Positions 62,453 to 62,514 of a DNA stretch of 62,514 nt are shown here, piece after piece (position 1 is the stretch's first letter; the number at the start of each line of letters is the position of its first letter). The notes under the pieces were generated by a model. The model made no database searches. It worked only from the letters and a program-made list of their open reading frames with translations, and had not been told where the DNA came from. The stretch spans positions 1-62,514 of the forward strand of contig VFLK01000008.1 of NCBI GenBank assembly GCA_009885085.1, given 5' to 3'. A program made the translations under genes and the position numbers. The DNA is from Minisyncoccota bacterium (GTDB lineage Bacteria; Patescibacteriota; Microgenomatia; UBA1400; PJMF01).

Positions 62453-62514
62453 TTCGGTAAAACTGTATATATCAGATCTTAGGCTATCTAAAAGTTTTTG
62501 ATCAACGTCATGAG

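Noticed and set aside
1-62514. Looked for rRNA/tRNA genes, CRISPR arrays, transposases, full integrases, reverse transcriptase/DGR template-variable repeat pairs, and signs of an alternative genetic code (UGA recoding)
   Set aside because: None was found. There are no tRNA-like T-arm or acceptor signatures in the spacers and no regularly spaced direct repeats. The only integrase-like sequence is the SAM-like domains of the giant protein. Long ORFs close properly with all three standard stop codons, so code 11 is adequate.

Overview
Gene-dense, AT-rich bacterial chromosome segment that reads cleanly with the standard genetic code. The content points to a Patescibacteria/CPR-like reduced genome: split ComEC plus ComEA, type IV pilins, DUF4012, VanW and PaaX-like proteins, an orphan solute-binding protein, no biosynthetic operons, and housekeeping proteins with long low-complexity inserts. 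This taxonomic call is inference from gene content only. The window spans the chromosomal origin. On the minus strand the order is dnaA, a DnaA-box cluster, dnaN, then rpmH-rnpA-yidD-yidC-jag-rnhA. Other housekeeping genes are leuS, valS, obg, rho, radA and rplY. Accessory and surface content stands out. (i) A five-gene secreted/membrane cluster (7392-14091) looks like a divergent WxL/Csc-type cell-surface complex. (ii) A PaaX-like regulator lies divergent from a 2295-aa membrane-anchored fibre protein, which has two cytoplasmic integrase-SAM-like domains and a phage tail-fibre-like ectodomain (16238-23125). (iii) A vapBC pair follows. (iv) Three type IV pilin genes lie next to an O-antigen-ligase/TPR protein. 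(v) An orphan TraD/VirD4-like ATPase sits at 33489-35678. (vi) A Gram-positive-style T4SS-like module lies directly upstream of dnaA (54966-62514). It comprises VirB4, a VirB4-N-like protein, a PrgI-like protein and a polytopic HExxH protein. An extended DnaA-box-like motif (TTATC[C/A]ACAATT) recurs in several intergenic regions. The 32.9-33.3 kb spacer is packed with hairpins ending in an intrinsic terminator. I found no rRNA, tRNA, CRISPR array, transposase or full integrase gene. All homology statements come from motif recognition by eye and need HMM or structure searches to confirm.
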